This document shows, piece after piece, positions 23,713-37,900 of a stretch of 64,000 nucleotides of DNA; within the stretch, counting starts at the first letter, position 1, and each line of letters opens with the position of its first letter. The translations under genes and the position numbers were made by a program. The stretch is from Podarcis erhardii (Eukaryota), in assembly GCA_964252035.1 (NCBI GenBank), contig OZ176200.1. One strand, given 5' to 3'. Under the pieces are notes generated by a model. It was not told the DNA's origin. It saw only the letters and a list, made by a program, of their open reading frames with translations, and ran no database searches.

Positions 23713-25734
23713 TTTCCTTGTTAGTTGTGGCTATACAGTATTTTCTAATGCATTCCTATTGACATTTTCTTATTTATACTTTACTCCCGCTTCTATTACA
23801 GTGTTGATTGTTGCAATCCCTGCACTTTTCTGCAGCTGACCTCTGTGCCACCTCCTAAAAATAACTTGTGGCAATACAGTGTTGGAGAATGTTATGTACT
23901 GAAGTTCTTACCCTGGGCCAGCAGGGGGATACTGGATTGAAAGTGACGTTCAGTGATTGGATAGTTTCAGAAAATGGTTACTGTTGCGTTCTAGTGGAGC
24001 TCTATATAAGCAGGCTGGCTGAACCCTTCAGTTCAGTTCTGTTCTGGCCTGTGAATAAACAAGAGCTGTTTGAAGAATCGCTGTGTCGTCTAATATGTTT
24101 ACCCACAACTTAACAGAGAACATGGCCTTGCGCCCCCCCCCACTTTCTATTTCACTTTCTTCAAGTGGGGGACTGCCTTCATGAAATAGATTGGGAATAG
24201 ACTTAGAGACCTCACATTTTTGTTCTTTTAGAGGCCAGTGATGTTGGTATTGGGGGAAGGAACACATCATTTGCCAGCCTCATGTGGTTCCTCTATAGAT
24301 GTTTGTTGGATCACTGTGGTGCGTGCTTGGCCATAGAGAAGCAGGTCCCATATTGCTCTATTAATGCTTGAATTAGAATGGGATCTGCCTGCATCATGTA
24401 TTATCTGTCTTTTCAAAGGAGCTACATTAGGGTTGCAACTACCTGGAACTGCCACACCAAGTTGTGTTCATTTTTCCAAAACTCACCAGGGCAAACTTCT
24501 GGTTCTAACTTCTGTACTAATGCCAACGTACCCAGCTGCTGCTCTTTGGAGAGAGTGTAAACTGATAACTTGGGAAGGGGGGACCCTTTGTTCTTATTTC
24601 CAGCTCTTGAAACACCCATTAATTAGTCATTGGCATACGTTTTGAGGTTGTTTGAGGTGGGTGTTATTTGCTTGAGCCTGTGTTGACCTTCTGAATCTAA
24701 ATCTGTACCTTAAAGCTAAGAGTTGCAAACCAAGGTAGCAGCAACCAACTCTTACCATTGTAAACATGCTGTTGCAGCCACATTAATAATTATTTTTTTT
24801 ACATTTTGAGGGCAAACTATTATCAGGTCTAATAGTTTCTTTAGATACCTAGGTTGACATGCCAGCCAAGTGAATTTTATTTAAGGCAAAAACACAAAAA
24901 ACTGTACAAAATATGTCATGCAGCCAAATGTGTTAGTTATCAAATATTAAATGACACATAGTTTGTATGAACTGGCCTTTTGTGCCGTTGTGTTGCTAAA
25001 AATACGTTTCAAACTCCAAAATTGCTGCAAAAATTTCTATATCTCAAAACTGAAACATATTCATCACTTTGTAGTCAGAAAAACATTGAAAGGTTTAGAA
25101 CTATAGAAATGGCACCTAGTGTTATCTTTTTAAAGTTATAAAACAATTCTTTATAAATTAGTGTTTTTATATCTGCTTTTCATCAGCATGTTTAGTATTT
25201 CTAATGATGTTGGTGTGTATATGCTTCCACATGGGCTCACACACATAATTATGCACAACTTTCACATTCTCAGTCTTCTGAATCTTAAGTATTTAATAAA
25301 ATGTAATTACTGATACAGCTGGGAGTTATTTAAACATGGTCAAATTTTAAAGGATGGTAGTTAAAACTAGCTTTAGTATGATCAGTTAAAGCTAAATGTT
25401 GTTTGAAATGTGTAATGTGTGTGTTCATTTTTCTTTTCTCTCTCCATCCATAAATATACACAAGTGCACAGTCACCTTTACCATGAAATATACGGTTTGT
25501 AAAAGTGCCTGATTTGCTGCTGCTAATCTTTGCAGTCCATATGTCACAGATAAATATGATTATACTAACCTTTTATTGAATTTTTTTTTGTTTTAATGAA
25601 ATATTTCTTTATTCTTAATGACCATGTTGAATAATTTTCAGTGGTGTATATGATAAGAGGTATTTGATTTTATCAAATGTTTTCATTCAGGTGGTTCAGT
25701 AATAAACCTGATTTAATTGAAAACCTTAAGAGCC

Positions 25735-25747
25735 CCACTAGATGGCA
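25735..25747 (+). promoter_or_regulatory. Candidate CTCF site CCACTAGATGGCA
   Basis: Matches the core consensus CCASYAGRKGGCR; located in repeat-free intronic DNA. Motif match only. Confidence 0.5.
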
Positions 25748-28700
25748 ATCTCGGCAATTGATGCTGCAATGCTTTCTGCTTAGGTTGACAACAACTTATG
25801 GAAATTAATCTTGAATTCATTTTGAGGTCACAGATCCAAGAAAAGCATTCCATATATCTACAGTATCACAGAACCTATGAAAGAAGTGTTTAAATCTGCC
25901 CAGATTGTGAATCTGGTAGCATATTGCTTGTTCACTAATAGATATTTATATTTTAAAGCAGAATATAAAATGGTCCTACTAACCTGATTTTTACCGATAA
26001 AAATAAAGCTGTCTGATGGCAATGGCTTCAAAAAGTGGTTCTATTATTTCCTCTGTTTAACCTTACTGGGTGACGACTTGGCTACAGTGCAAAAAAGTTG
26101 AATCATAATTCTTAAACTCTATAACTTCACCTTTTATCACCCACACACAAATACATATAAGCAGTCTCCATAAGTATTCGTTCTTTTTCCAAGGAGAGGT
26201 GAAGAGTGGTCTTTCAATTATAAAGATTCTTATTCATCCATATACATTAAAATATTAATCATGGGAAAGCCCAGTGTGAAGAACTTTAAGGGTTTTTTTT
26301 TTACTTGAATTCACCAGACCAAACTATAATGTAGTTAATGGAAGTGGGCTTCTCTCCAAGCTGATCAAACTGAGCTGGTAAACATTTGCCAAGTTAAAAT
26401 TATTTCTAGCCTGAAAATTAAGTTTGCTGTGTTTGGTATAGTATTGCTCATGGAACTGCTGAGAATCCTGATTCGTGCTATTGATATTTTTAATTAACTA
26501 GCTATCTGTACATTTTTGTTACAAAGATGGATTTCCATTCATTGATAAAGGGCAGAATGTCAAAGAGGGATTTTGGAGGCGTGGGGGAAGGTTGAGCTTA
26601 ATTTTGAACAAAGTGTTTGATTATTTCTGTCCTAGTGCTTTTAAGGTTAGCAACTTCAGGATTGATTTGTTGGGCAGCCTGATCACAAGGGACTGCTTCA
26701 GTTGCAGCAGTTCACACAGGCTTGTGCTGCTGCAGTTAAAAGTGCCATTCAGTTGACACACATTCAGCTCTGCTCCACTTGTTGTTGAAAAGCCCTGCAA
26801 CTCCCCTTACTCCAGCTACTTCCTGAGTGCAGCTACATGCTTATTCGGCAGGTTCAAGGCTGCCCGTGCCCTCAAACATCTGTTGTGTCAAGTGTGGTGG
26901 TTGTGTCAGGGTGGTGAGGCAGAACCGCCAGATTTTAGAAGCTGTTTCAGCAAAGCAGCTCATCGTGCTATTAAACACATTAACACACTGTGCATGCCCT
27001 TACTTGAAAATGTACCCGCGTCATTTCAGTAAAAGTTGTGGCTGGGTTTGCTTTCGTACACCAAAACTGTTTTACACGGCTGATAGCTCCCACCTCTGGG
27101 GAACCTGGATATACTTTTATATTGCTATTACTACAGTATAGTGTTGCAGATAAATCAGAAACCTTGCTAGCGACACTTCAGCATCCCATCACAACAGTAG
27201 CTTGAGCAAGCTGGCACTTGCCCAGAAGAAATGGCTATTCATCCTGGATGAGCATTTTGCTGCAAGCCTCCAAAGTAGAGCTGGGGAACTGGTGCCTCAT
27301 ATTCCTGATTGGACACACTAGGTCTCCTCGAATGATACTAGGTGTGTGGCATGTAAAGGTGGGGTTTGAATGAAAGGCGCTTTGCAGGCACCGCAATCAG
27401 GTGGTGCTTTCAAAGCTCCTTGCAGAAGCACTGCCCAGGCACCGACTATCAGCGCTTGGGAACCACTGCATGCATTCCCACCCACTTTTGGCTTGATTTC
27501 AAACTGTGTGGGCAAACATGGATCACCTGACACCATTAGGCAATTGATAAGGGGGTGGGTCAACTGTCATCACACTTGGCCTGTGGGCGTATGTGGAGAT
27601 AAGGACCTGACCCTCCCGCCAGATCCAGTTCCCCACTCCTGCTCCAAAGGAATGTATTCAGGGTTGTTCTTACAGTGGGATACTTGCTAGACATGTGAAT
27701 GTCAATAATGAAAGACTTCATATAATATGAAATTTAGTAAATATTGTGGGAAATACACTGGCACATGAACACATATTAAACTTACGATTTTCAGCCCTTC
27801 TGTTGTCAGTGAACATATTTTATTAATTGAGGGTTACATCAAAAGCATATCTTTGCCATCTTCCCTTTAAATATTTTTTCTGCCTCAACCATAAGATACT
27901 CAAGCTTCAGCAGTCATATTTTTCTGTGATCCTTGATACTGCTACTAGCAAAATGGTGCTCTTTTTTGTTTATTTTGGTCCTAAACTATCATAGCACCTT
28001 ATCCCCTGCTTGTTGAATAATACAGATTATTATTTATAGATTTAATATTATACATTAGGAAATCAAGGCATATCCTGTGAAGTACAATTTTGCATTTCAA
28101 ACTATTTGATAGTGTCCCTTGAATTTTCTATTCCTGCGTTCTTTGTGAGTCAGAAGTAAATTATTTGCTGTCTTTGAAGTAGATCCTGGAAATAGTTTCT
28201 ACAAGTATCTTTTACAGCTGAAATTTAGCATATCAAAGCATTTTTTTCTTATGGTGTACACATTTATATAATGATTCACTTGTAAGATTGAAACAGTATT
28301 GTGAGTTGAAAAGTAGTAAGGGAGTTTGCATAGTTGTAAATGGCAGTACTCAAAAAAGGAATTATTTATGAAGGGCAAGTATCTGGAGGTTTTAATGAAA
28401 CATTTGTCCAGGATCTTAATGCTCTTTCTTGCTATTTTAAATTTTACAATATCTGCAATTGAAGATTATTACTTTTTCCCTAGGCTCAGCTGTATTTTCT
28501 TGCTGCCATCACAATGAAGCTAAGCCTTCTGTAGCTACCTATTGCCTGAACTTGTAATAGAATATCCTAGGTAGCTATGGATATTACAGACTGTTTCTGA
28601 TTTGTCCTTAATTGGGAAAAGGAAATGTTTAAGTTTAACTGATGTAGAAATTGTGGAGAAATGGTATACAACTAGGCATAGGCATTATAACCTGAAAACT

Positions 28701-29904
28701 TGCAAACCACGTTGCTCATATAGGGTAGTTTTAAAGTGATAGATTAAGGAGCATTTTATTTAACTTTTGATAGTTGAGTAATGGCTGTGAAAACTCTCAA
28801 ACTATCAGACAGAAAGTAGCAGCAAAAGGTCTGTTTATATATATTATATATTTATGTATTTATATATTTAAATTGCTACTTCATTCTGAAAGTACTTTGC
28901 ATTCTATATTCTTTTGGCATTGCACATGGACAGCAAATATATAAGGGCCAATTCTTATATGCATGTTCCTCACATGCAAGTTATCATCACTCAATATAAA
29001 TGAAACACCACTGAACTTTCTCATTGATCAATATCATCTTAAGCACAGTGCTCATCAGTTGAGTAAGTTCATATATTCAGTTGTTGGCCATTGACTGATG
29101 AGAAATCAAGTAATTGTATATGCATATGTGAACCAACCCTTAGTTTGCATATGGCCTCTGTGTAGTCCCACATATTGGTTCTGAGTCTGTGCAGAGCACC
29201 ATAGGGAATCTTCTAGCACTAACCCAGTAATGTTTGTTTTTTGGCATCGGAGCCCACCTAGCAGCCAGGGTGCATGTTTGTTAGAATATGGCCTGTGCCT
29301 TTGAAGTAGGTTCCTCTCAGGGAAGCTTGCATGGTACCAACTTCGTCATTCTTCTGGTGTTTTTATTCTCCTGGACATTTGGTCAGCACTAATGATCCGG
29401 CTTTTGGTCACTTATTTTTTGGTGTTTGTGCTTAAGTGTGTGAAGTGGTTGTTTTATATGTGTGTGCATGTGTATTATTTAAAGGATTTTCTGTTTTATT
29501 TCATGTCTTTGCGTGTAAATCACTATGGGATTTCCTTTGGCTGTGTTAAGCAGTGCATACATTGAATAAACTAACATAGAACATAATATATAGGTGAGAT
29601 ATATTCTGGAATAATGATTTAAGCTCCACCAAAGGACTATGAATTCAACAAACAAGCAGTGGTATATTTTTGAAGGAAACAAGCTTTTTGAAATAGAGAC
29701 AGGAAGGAGTTACTTGGACAAGGAAGAATGGAAGCTATAACGGCAACAGGAAGCCATCCCATGATCTGCCTGAGAGACAGCAGATTGAATGCTGCCCTGG
29801 GACATGCAAATGTAACATCCACAAAGCAAACATAAAAATGGAGAAGCAACAGTAATAGACTCCATACTTCTCACTCCAATGGGCATCAACCACTCTAACC
29901 ACAG

Positions 29905-30150
29905 GACAGAAGAATCCCTTCTAGATCAGACCCAAAGACCTTATCTAGTCCAGCATTCTGTTTCCTTCAGAGACATACCAGATGCTTCCAGGAAGCCCTT
30001 AATAAGGATATGACAGCAAACATTGCTCTCCTACTGTTGTTTCCCAGGAACTGGTAGTTGGAGAAATGCAGCGTCTAATTTGGGAGCGTAGCTTATAACC
30101 ACTGTAACTTGTAGCCATTAATAACCTTGTCTTCCAAAAATATGGCAACT
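29905..30150 (-). mobile_element. Older, degraded CR1-type 3' fragment
   Basis: tctagatcagaccc...atctagtccagcattctgtt...ccagatgcttcc resembles the reverse complement of amniote CR1 3' ends. Confidence 0.5.
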
Positions 30151-33100
30151 CCAGAGTGGGCACCTGGCTTACACATTGGATACTTGCTGTAGGGCTCATT
30201 TATGAGCTGCATTAAACTGGGAGTGGGGAAGATCCTTGTCTCATTGCCCACTGAACGGAGGCCAGAGGAACATGGTGATGGTAATGAGTCGTGAGCTGCT
30301 GCCACTCATGTTTGTTCATTTCTTTTCTTACATTTTTATAGGCACTCCATAGCAGGAGTTATTTGGGCAAGCTCACAAATGAAAACAAACATTAAAATGC
30401 AGTATAAAACAGTAATAATCAAAGCAAATTAATTAATCTGAAACACAACTGAAAAGAACTTTAGTCACAACACTTTGTCACAGGCATTCATTAGGTGTTG
30501 GTGGGTGCATTCTTGAGAGAAGATACTGCAATTTGGTAATTTTTCATTCTCTGTGTCTCTGCCTAGCTCCTCACCGGTTTCCCTTGTGTCTGTGTTCAAA
30601 GCTTCCCCTATTGTGACAATACTCTCCTATCTAATGTAGGGAGTTGCACTGGAATTCTGTCTGGTTTCTTCCTCCCCCGCTTTCCATGTGCCCTGGTATA
30701 GATTTCCTGGAATGGCTGGCATTCGCCAATAAAATATATCTTGTGCTTCCCCATTGCCTGCACGGTTACATAGTTGGAACTTACTGTATGTTGTGGTTCA
30801 TGGCCATCAGGACCCTCTTACAGAAGTTGCAGGTATGCATTGTGAATGGGACGCTATTCCTACCCATTGCGTAAGGGAGGATTATTGCCCACCCACTTTC
30901 CTTCTCACAGGTAGGAAGCAGGAAAGACACAGTCTCCAGTTATGGGCATTTGAGTGTTCTCTGTTGACCCATCCATACACGTTCTTAGTTATCTGGGCAT
31001 TCCTTGTCCTTGAAGCCCAGTTATAGCAGTGGAGTTGCGGTTTCTGTTTGGGTGTGCTGAGGTTTCGTTTGCAGGTTGGAAAGGAGTTCTGAGAAGACAA
31101 GTGGGTGATGTTAGTGCTGGCAGAGTTCTCATCCGGCTAATTTTTCTTGACTACTCAAGTTCTTTAGACATGAGGACCGAATGATGTAGCCCTCTGTCAT
31201 GTGCAGGCAAAGTTAAACTGTATACAGTAGTAGTATAACATAAATGTAATGTTAGCACTGTGTCAGCATATATAGTATATAAAATGAATGAATGAATAAT
31301 AACGGGATTTTGTAGCCATCCTATCCACATCTAGCAGGAGTAATTTGAGAATAGGATTAAACTATAAGTAAGAAATATTTTTTTCTAAGTTTTTCCAAGT
31401 TTAAAGGAAACATCTATTCATATTTGTTAGCTTTTTAAGAAATACGGGATAGTCATCATTTGGATATCATGGTCCAAAAGCAATACTCATAGTACTGCTT
31501 TTAATTTTAGTGTTCTAGCTTTAACAAAGTAGTGTGAACTCTTGCTTAATTTGATTTTGCATTTCAGCATTTGAACATTTGTAAGGCTCTTGTATTGTGG
31601 CCCATCTGAGTTACCATAGAAACCGGAGACCTTCATCCTTGTTATTAGAAATGGAATGCAAACAGGGCATCAAAGCAATGTTTTCCCCATATGAATGGCA
31701 GCTCTAGACAATCCAAACTTGAACGATTTTTATTGGTTCTTCTCTGTCCTGGAATGTAATATTTAAAGCACCAGGCAGCCCCCCTCCCCCAAAAGAGTAA
31801 ACAGGGCAGAAAGCAAATTTGTGGTATCAATAGCAGTTCCTTTTTGGTGTGTGAATGTAACTTGTGGACTGGCCTATTTGCCTTGCACAGTGGGTTTGTT
31901 TTATTATCAGCTTAAGGTGTTCTAAGAAAGCTGCTCTGTAAATAAAATGTGGGAGCAAGTGCTGCTGCTGCAAGTTGAGTGGCTTTGGGTAAAAAATATC
32001 CAGTGCAGTGCCTAGTGTATTCTTTTACATAAAAAAGCCTGTTCACTACTTCTCTTTAAGAACGAGATGTAATTTTAAAAAATGTAATCATTCAGGAGAC
32101 TATCCATCTGACAGATGTGTTTACAAGATTTTATACAACTTTCCATCCTCTGTATATGACTGTGCATTCAGCAGTATTTCAGGGAATATTAATGCCTGGT
32201 CTCCATGACAAAGAACCTCTGAAATGCACCACTAAATGCTGACTGACTCAGCTGCCTTTGTGCCTCAAAATGAATTTCTAATATAGGCTAAGAATATGTC
32301 TTTCTAAACAACTTGCTCATCAACAAAAAAGCAAGCTCAGTCAGCACTGTCTGTGAGGATAGGGACATTTTAATGGTGTGTTTATTTGGTGGTTGTGAGT
32401 GGAGGAGAGAATAATAATCTAGGGACACTTCATGTATGATGCTTTTTTTAACCAACGTCACTTATGCATGGGACATGGGCTCAGAACAGAAATCACACCC
32501 ATGGCAACATTTATTTTCATGAGGTGCCATGAGGTGCTTTAATATTAAACTTGTTGTTTTCCCTAACATTTCTGTCCATTCTTTATTAACTCGGGGTGGT
32601 CCTTTAGACACCCATGTGGGTAGACAGAGGTATTAATTCAAATTCCTATGCAAATATAGGATCTCTAACCTTGTCTTAGGCAAGTCACTGTGAAACCTTC
32701 TTATTTTCCCTCCAGTCCATCCATGCCTTCAAAGACACACATGTTTGCTTAGCAGTACATTCTCCAAATTTCATTCTTTGGAAACATTTTCCATGTTGAT
32801 GGATAAATATCTGTACCTAGTGATATTAGTGAGGAAGGTGTTCTTCTGCACTTTAAAGTTTTGTTGCTAGAGGTTCCTTTGCAGGTACTGTTTATTTCCT
32901 CTGCTTTTCCCTAATGGTTTTCAGAATTCACAATTCCAGTGGTTGGCTCTGTGCTTTATGAAATTCTTAAATACTTGATATTTTTGTTAGGCATTTGGGG
33001 TTCTAATCCCCCTCATGTTTTTGTAGTAGTTCATTTCCTTTACAATAAATTATACTCTGATATCTCTGAAGTCATGTTTGTTACTGTTTTGTGATGAAGA

Positions 33101-34422
33101 GGTATGTATTCGTGTATACACAATTGTTATTTAATTTGTTAAAGTGAACGTTTGGGGTCCTCAGTATTCTGTTTGGGTTGTAGACACTGGATAACCAATT
33201 TAAACACAAAACAGGGCAGTGAACTTTTAGAAAACATTAACTAGTGTAAACACAAATCTGTGGAAAGTGTAATATAAATAAATACATGCATTAACTGGCT
33301 GGTAAACTAGCACAAAGACAATTAGCTATGAGCTAACTTTTTAAAATCTGGTGGAACAGAATAAACTCTGCTCCAGTAAGGGGGGGGGAGGCTAGTGATT
33401 GAAAAACAATAACCCTGCAGTAATACATGAATGAATAGGTAGAACCAATATCTTCACTTGCTGCAAGCACACAACCTCCCCTAAGAAATTTGGAAGCTCT
33501 AAGGGTTATGGGAATTGGAGTTCTGTGGGGGGTAAACTATGGTTTCCAGAATTCTTGAGTGGAAGTCATGTACTTTAAATGTATGGTGTGTACTCAACCC
33601 AAGAATGAGTCAATCACTAGTGGTTGAGCACAGCAACCACAGAACATTACAAAACCAGTTATGGTCATTTGTATTGTTGCAGTTCACACATTTAAGAAGT
33701 GGAGAATTTGTCCACATTTTCCCTGTGGTAAACTGGTTGGCTATATTTATCCAGTGTGTGCAACGCTTAAAAAAACTCTAATCGTATTATGGATTGCTTC
33801 AGTTCTGTGTTTCTTGTGTTTTGTTTTGTTTTTCATTGTTGTGTAAGGGGGGACCAGCAGCACCTCATCATTATAAACAAGCATAAGGAAAAGTAGTATT
33901 CTTGACACAGAGGTAAAACTCCAAGGAGGCTATATTATTAATAGACCCAGCTTTAAGAGTAGGCTGTCATTTATATGCTCAGTGTTGAAAAACAGATAGA
34001 TCTAATGTTTGCTAACCAGTTTTTATTTAGACATTTTTACTGGAAAGGGAAGGGAAATTACATTTTTTTAAAAGTTTTATTTTACATTCTCATTGGACAG
34101 TTATTCTGTAATGTCATGCTTGATTTGCTGAACACTCTTCAGTTGGGAAGATTCCGCAATGAAGGGAGAGCACCTCAACGTGCATTTTGATATGATGAAT
34201 AATTTCTCAGTTGTGAAAACCTGCATTTTTGGTAGTTGTTTTCATTTGCTTGAGCTTTATGGAAAGGCAGGGAGAGCTAGCCATTGGCCATTACCAAGAT
34301 CTGGGTAGACTAGACCCAGCTTAGCTCTGCTCGCTTAGGTATTCATGGCAGCACCAATTCAGATGAGGTGGGGGGATGTTTCAGTTTTCCATAAAAATTC
34401 CATGCCTCTCATTAGGAGACCA

Positions 34423-34676
34423 AATAAATAAAATAAATAAAAAATTGTCCAGTAGCACCTTAGAGACCAACTAAGTTTGTTTTGAGTATAAGCTTTCATG
34501 TTCATGTGCACTTCTTCAGATAAATGGTATCTTCAGATGGTATCTGAAGAAGTGTGCATGCACATGAAAGCTTATACCCAAAACAAACTTAGTTGGTCTC
34601 TAAGGTGCTACTGGACAATGTTTTAAATTTATTTATTTATTTCGTCTGCTTCAGACCAACACGGCTATGTACCTGA
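34423..34676 (+). mobile_element. Short Penelope-like insertion, copy B, older imperfect palindrome
   Basis: Same sequence family as copies A and C, including the cagaccaacacggcta terminus on the right. Probable TSD ATTAGGA(G/A)ACCA at 34411-34422 and 34677-34688. Confidence 0.75.
34539..34578 (+). ncRNA. Minimal type-I hammerhead ribozyme motif, variant (G.U closing stem II, UU at the cleavage site)
   Basis: GGUAU-CUGAAGA-A-GUGUG(CAUG)CACAU-GAAA-GC-UU^AUACC read directly from the sequence. Confidence 0.6.
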
Positions 34677-34834
34677 ATTAGGAAACCAGTATGCCTAGGA
34701 GCTGGGTTTGAGGCTCTGAACCTGGTGTTGAGCATTACAGACAGAACAGGGATGCTGTGGGTTTCCCTCTGCCCAGTAAGCTCTCTGACTTGAGAGTGAG
34801 AGTGGTCTGTCATGTGGACTTGGAGAACTCCAGG

Positions 34835-34877
<43 letters not shown>

Positions 34878-34920
34878 TAGCAGCAGCAGCAACAACAACA
34901 ACAACAACAATAAATAATAA
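34835..34920. repeat. Compound microsatellite (AAT)n-(AGC)n-(AAC)n
   Basis: Read directly. Confidence 0.95.
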
Positions 34921-37900
34921 TTATCAATATCTTTATTGTTAAGTAAAAGAACTTTTTGGCTTGTGCTTAAGTCTGCAATATTAAAGTGCTTTGGTTTTTG
35001 TTGTTACACGTACTGGTCTTGTAGACTCCATAAAGACTTATCAGATGTGGACAGTTGGTGTTCTTGGTATGAAAGCACAGGGGAGCTCTCATGTAGAAGG
35101 TTAATGGAGTGTAATTATAAAGAAAAATGGACTGTTTGCCCACTCTGTCTCACTATACCTGCTCTGAGAGTGACAAGTACTTGATCTTGTGTAAACCCTA
35201 GAGCAGAGGTTCAACTGTCTAAAATTACGACAGTGTAGCTGTCAGACGACCACATTATGAGATATGTGTGAACTTGGTAGGAAAGTTTTCATTCCATTTT
35301 GTAGGGCCTCCTTTTACAAAAGGCATTCTTAGAAAGCTCCTGTAAAATACAGTAGTTCTTCTAATTTCTTCTCATTCTCTCCCCTCACCTTCCAAAAAGG
35401 TTCTGCTTATCTCATATTATACTTGTTTCTTTTACATGGTAAAAGTTTGTGATAGTGTGTACATAGTCAGTCATTCTCATATTTAAAAAATCACTTTTGA
35501 ATTTGGGATTCCTTATACTAGAAGGTTGAGGAATCATTGGGGTGTGTATTCACTCCTAGAACACTGCCAGTATTTTTTTAACTCTGTAAGTTTCTTTTAT
35601 TCTTATTCTTTCATTCTTATAACTATTCTAGAATTTTATCTCTCCAACTATTTAGCCTCCATTTAGTTGTTGATTAGTCCTTGTACCGATAGCTTTCCTT
35701 AACCTGAATTCACCTCACCCAAATTAGTTTTTTGCAGAATGTCATGATTTAGTCATATATCTGGCAATGCTTTTCCACCCTAAAACAAACAGCCAAATCA
35801 TTTCAGCCTGCTGATAAGATAGGTTCTTTCAGCCCATGACTTTTTTTTAAAAAAGTTGAACTTCAGCTTTCTCGAACACAGATGAACAGTGGCAGAGCAT
35901 TCCGTGCCAGAGCCCAGGGAGGCATGGCACACTATGGGGGCTGGCGGGACCATGGGCCAAAGCAGCGCTGGGCGGCATTGAGAAGGACACAACAGTTCAC
36001 GATGGGGCAGGGCATCTTGGTGCGCTCCCCAAAAAACTATGCCTGGGGCAATGGCCCCCCTCAGTCCCCCCATTCTACACCCCTGCAGATGACCATAACT
36101 GTACAGAGTATTTCAGACGATACCTTATTAGATTATGCTTGGGTGATGGTTTTAATTTTTGTCCAACTTCCTGGAGGTGCTCTCTGTAGTAGGTCAAGTT
36201 GGTTGGAGTTTTGGGTAATTATTATGCGAGTCAGAAAGAGACTTGGTGTACAAGTTTTGGCCACTCTTGAAATTGAGACTTCAAGTGACCACGACTGCTA
36301 AGCAATTTGTTTTGCTAAGTCTGTACTAAACATTTATGTGGTGATAAGTATTATTGCCATCTCATCAGCTAAATAGCATAATGTTAAATAGCCAGATCAA
36401 TTCCCTCTCAAGAAAATGAACATGTGGGGCTGATTTCAAGAGATTTTGTGTGGAAGTTTAAGGCAGGACATGTATCACATCAGTTGGAGAGTCCATGACT
36501 GAGTATCTCAGGACCATAAGTCAACAGATCTGTTGGGACCTAAATCAGGATACAGCAAGCCAAGAATTTTCTTTTTTGTTCAGTTCATTCATGAGAAATT
36601 ACACTAAAAATATTGTAACTAGTTCGCTGCTTAAAGAAAACCATCATTCTATCCTACTTAAACCTTCTTGTTTTTATATTGCCTCATATTAGACACAAAA
36701 TTTTACCCAGTATTTGTTTCCTGTTTGCACAAGGAGTCTGTAATTGCAATGCTACTTGGTTCTTTGCGAGCCCAGGCATAGTGAGCTGAGGTTCACTGGG
36801 GACTGGTGGTGTGAGAGTACCAAAAAGGACATGACAACATCTTGGGATTAAAAATGGCCTAAAGTTTATTGATTACAGATTCTAGTAGGCTTTGGCTTAG
36901 GCACTGGGTATGTATCCTGAATCGGTCTGACTGATCGCCTCATTAGGGTTGATCCTGTGTTAAAGCCCCCCGCCCCCATGACACAGATCAAATAGGGTAG
37001 ACCCACCTGGCCACCACTGGGGAAATTTTATGGCCTGTTAGCCCCCATCTGGGCCTTCAAACAATTCCCCCCCCCCATGAGCCCATATACCAGGGCACCC
37101 TCAGGTCCATCTCCAAAACGACACCCACCAGACTGACTGCAATGGCAGATTTGAAATTTATTTTTTGGTGGGACATACCAGACGCCCCCATGACCAGCCG
37201 AGGCTGTTAGTGTTGCTTCCAGTTGTGCAGGAGAGATCCCCAAGTAATGTTGGACTTCCAAGTTTATTTGAAATGTTGGCTTTCTGAGCTCACAGTGCTT
37301 TCACAAATGGAAGTGAAGAAATGAATAACTGACTTGTGGAGTGCCTATATTTAGATAAACCTGGTATTTGGGCAGTTCAGGTAGGGTTGGAACATTAGGC
37401 CAGCTTCCACAACTTGGTGCCCTCTAAATGTGTTGAACTACAATTGCCATCATCTCTGACCATGGGCAAGGCTGTCTGGGGTTTATGGGATAGGGAGTCC
37501 CAACAACATCTGGAGGGGCAGCAGGCTACTGTATTTCTGTGTCTTCAGTTGTGGTTGCCAAGGGACAGTTGCTGCTTACCATTAGCAAGTCAGATATGTT
37601 TCATAATTATACCATAGTTTTTTTGCAGTTAGCATCATCTTGTAATGACTTTTGTACACAAAGGAAAAATTAAAAGATGCATACTGTTTTGTGCTTACCG
37701 GGTGTTTCAAAAGAGTTGCCTGGACTTTAGATATTAAAAATATGTAGACTTTAAAAAAGTGTGTGTGCAATTATGCATAGACTAGGAGCTGTTGATTTTG
37801 ATCTTGAATCTCCTGTACATTTAACAGCACAAAGTGTGTTCACAAAGCGGATACAGTTCTGGCAGCTTTATCCTCAAGAATGTTGTTGAACAAAATGTAC

